A DNA stretch of 64,000 nucleotides, taken from positions 4,128,001 through 4,192,000 of the forward strand of contig JASGHG010000001.1 in the NCBI GenBank assembly GCA_047602425.1, read 5' to 3'. Below the pieces are notes generated by a model. It had not been told where the DNA came from and made no database searches. It was given only the letters and a program-made list of their open reading frames with translations. Shown piece after piece: positions 62,179 through 64,000 of this stretch. The translations under genes and the position numbers were made by a program. The DNA is from Nibricoccus sp. (GTDB lineage: Bacteria; Verrucomicrobiota; Verrucomicrobiia; Opitutales; Opitutaceae). How positions within the stretch are numbered: the stretch's first letter is position 1; the number at the start of each line of letters is the position of its first letter.

Positions 62179-62454
62179 TTACTTTCCCATTTCCGCGAGA
62201 TCGGCGCGGGCGATTTTCATCTCCTCCAAGATGCGTTGGGCGCGATCGAGCAATTGCAGGCCGGCCGGGGTCAATTTCACGCTGCGGCCGAGGCGGTCGA
62301 AAAGGCGGCAGTCCAATTCTTGCTCAAGCGATTTAATGGCATGGCTGACGGCCGATTGCGTAATGAAAAGTTCGCGGGCGGCATGTGTGAAGCTGCCTAC
62401 GCGAGCTAGTGTGGTAAAAGCTAGCAACTTCCGACTGTCGAGAATGGGAGTCAT
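62179..62454 (-). CDS. LysR-type HTH-only protein (no effector domain)
   Basis: GSFTHAARELFITQSAVSHAIKSLE...LFDR...LTPAG; stops at 91 aa. Confidence 0.8.
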   Translation of the reverse strand: MTPILDSRKLLAFTTLARVGSFTHAARELFITQSAVSHAIKSLEQELDCRLFDRLGRSVKLTPAGLQLLDRAQRILEEMKIARADLAEMGK

Positions 62455-62590
62455 GGCGATTTTTAGCCCGTTTGGCCGCCGTTCTATAGCAAGTGGCGAG
62501 CCACATGCGCCTCCGCATGAAAAGTGCTCATAGTTTTCCAGTACTTTCTTTACTGGGCCCGTCCTCGAAGCTGCGACGAGGAAATCCTTG

Positions 62591-63145
62591 TCAGCTTTTG
62601 CTCAGGTTGCGGGCGATCACGGCGCTTTTCAGGTGGTAATAATAGGCCAGTCCGCCCTGACAAAGAATCGTGGCAAGTCCCACCGAAAGGTAGGTTGTGC
62701 GCATGGCTTTTTTTATGAGTTCGCGAAATCCAGCCTGACTCAGCCCGAACGACTCCGCAAACGTCGTGGGTTCCATACCTTGTGCGCGTTGGGCGTCGTT
62801 GATCATGTTTTCGGCATTCGCCACGGCGGCCAAGACCGCCTTGGGGTTGTAATAAAAATACTGATACGCCGCGTAGCAGAGAATGACGGCCAGCAACACC
62901 AACTGACTTCGTACCAACCAGCGCACGCCAACAATTTCACCCGCTTGCAATTTCCGCCGACCGTTTAATTCCATCCCGCCGACCGCCGCCGCAAGTGCGC
63001 CGACCACTGCGCCCAGCCAGTCCAAACCGAAGGCCGAGATCAGTCCAAAACCGCCGGCGAGAACGACCAGCACGGTGCCGTCGATCGCTGCGATGCGCTG
63101 CACCCGTTTGAGCACTTCGGCAGGGAGGGGCGGGGGCTGGGACAT
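62591..63145 (-). CDS. Hypothetical membrane protein
   Basis: About four hydrophobic segments; ATG at 63145 preferred because the longer ORF overlaps hrpA. Confidence 0.7.
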   Translation of the reverse strand: MSQPPPLPAEVLKRVQRIAAIDGTVLVVLAGGFGLISAFGLDWLGAVVGALAAAVGGMELNGRRKLQAGEIVGVRWLVRSQLVLLAVILCYAAYQYFYYNPKAVLAAVANAENMINDAQRAQGMEPTTFAESFGLSQAGFRELIKKAMRTTYLSVGLATILCQGGLAYYYHLKSAVIARNLSKS

Positions 63146-63239
63146 GGTGGCGTTGTGGGACAAACCTGACGTTTTCACTTTCCGCCCGCCGCGCGTTGAT
63201 GACAAATTAAAACCTTTCCCTTCATCCGCCAGCCGCAAC

Positions 63240-64000
<761 letters not shown>

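Overview
64-kb GC-rich bacterial chromosomal window, probably Verrucomicrobia/Opitutaceae-like (inferred from the lpxC-fabZ fusion, Ig-repeat surface protein and gene content; no marker gene seen). Most of it is housekeeping: mrp, tolB, sodA, tadA, infA, xerD, lpxC-fabZ/lpxA, hisI, ruvC, a nuoB-N operon without nuoA, a ThyX-like gene, rsmB-like, lptD, glgB, sppA, sufT, partial hrpA and tRNA-Ser(GGA). It also carries plant-polysaccharide genes (GH51-like, GH74, GH12, a GH105-GH28 fusion with ExuT and LacI). The most notable structure is at 1.8-4.5 kb: a small integrase-less gene-cassette array whose best attC site is split inside its L'' box by a ~1.76-kb IS110-family element. That element encodes an intact DEDD/Ser recombinase and has a ~385-bp structured 3' non-coding region with short matches to both the attC target and its own predicted circle junction, a candidate bridge/seekRNA. 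Other unexplained structure includes a tRNA-linked GIY-YIG module bounded by 21-bp direct repeats, periodic-armed inverted repeats at four nuo gene junctions, a dispersed TTGTCA-N9-TGACAA palindrome family and a GTAG-type REP doublet. All calls come from reading the sequence and the ORF track; no searches were run.
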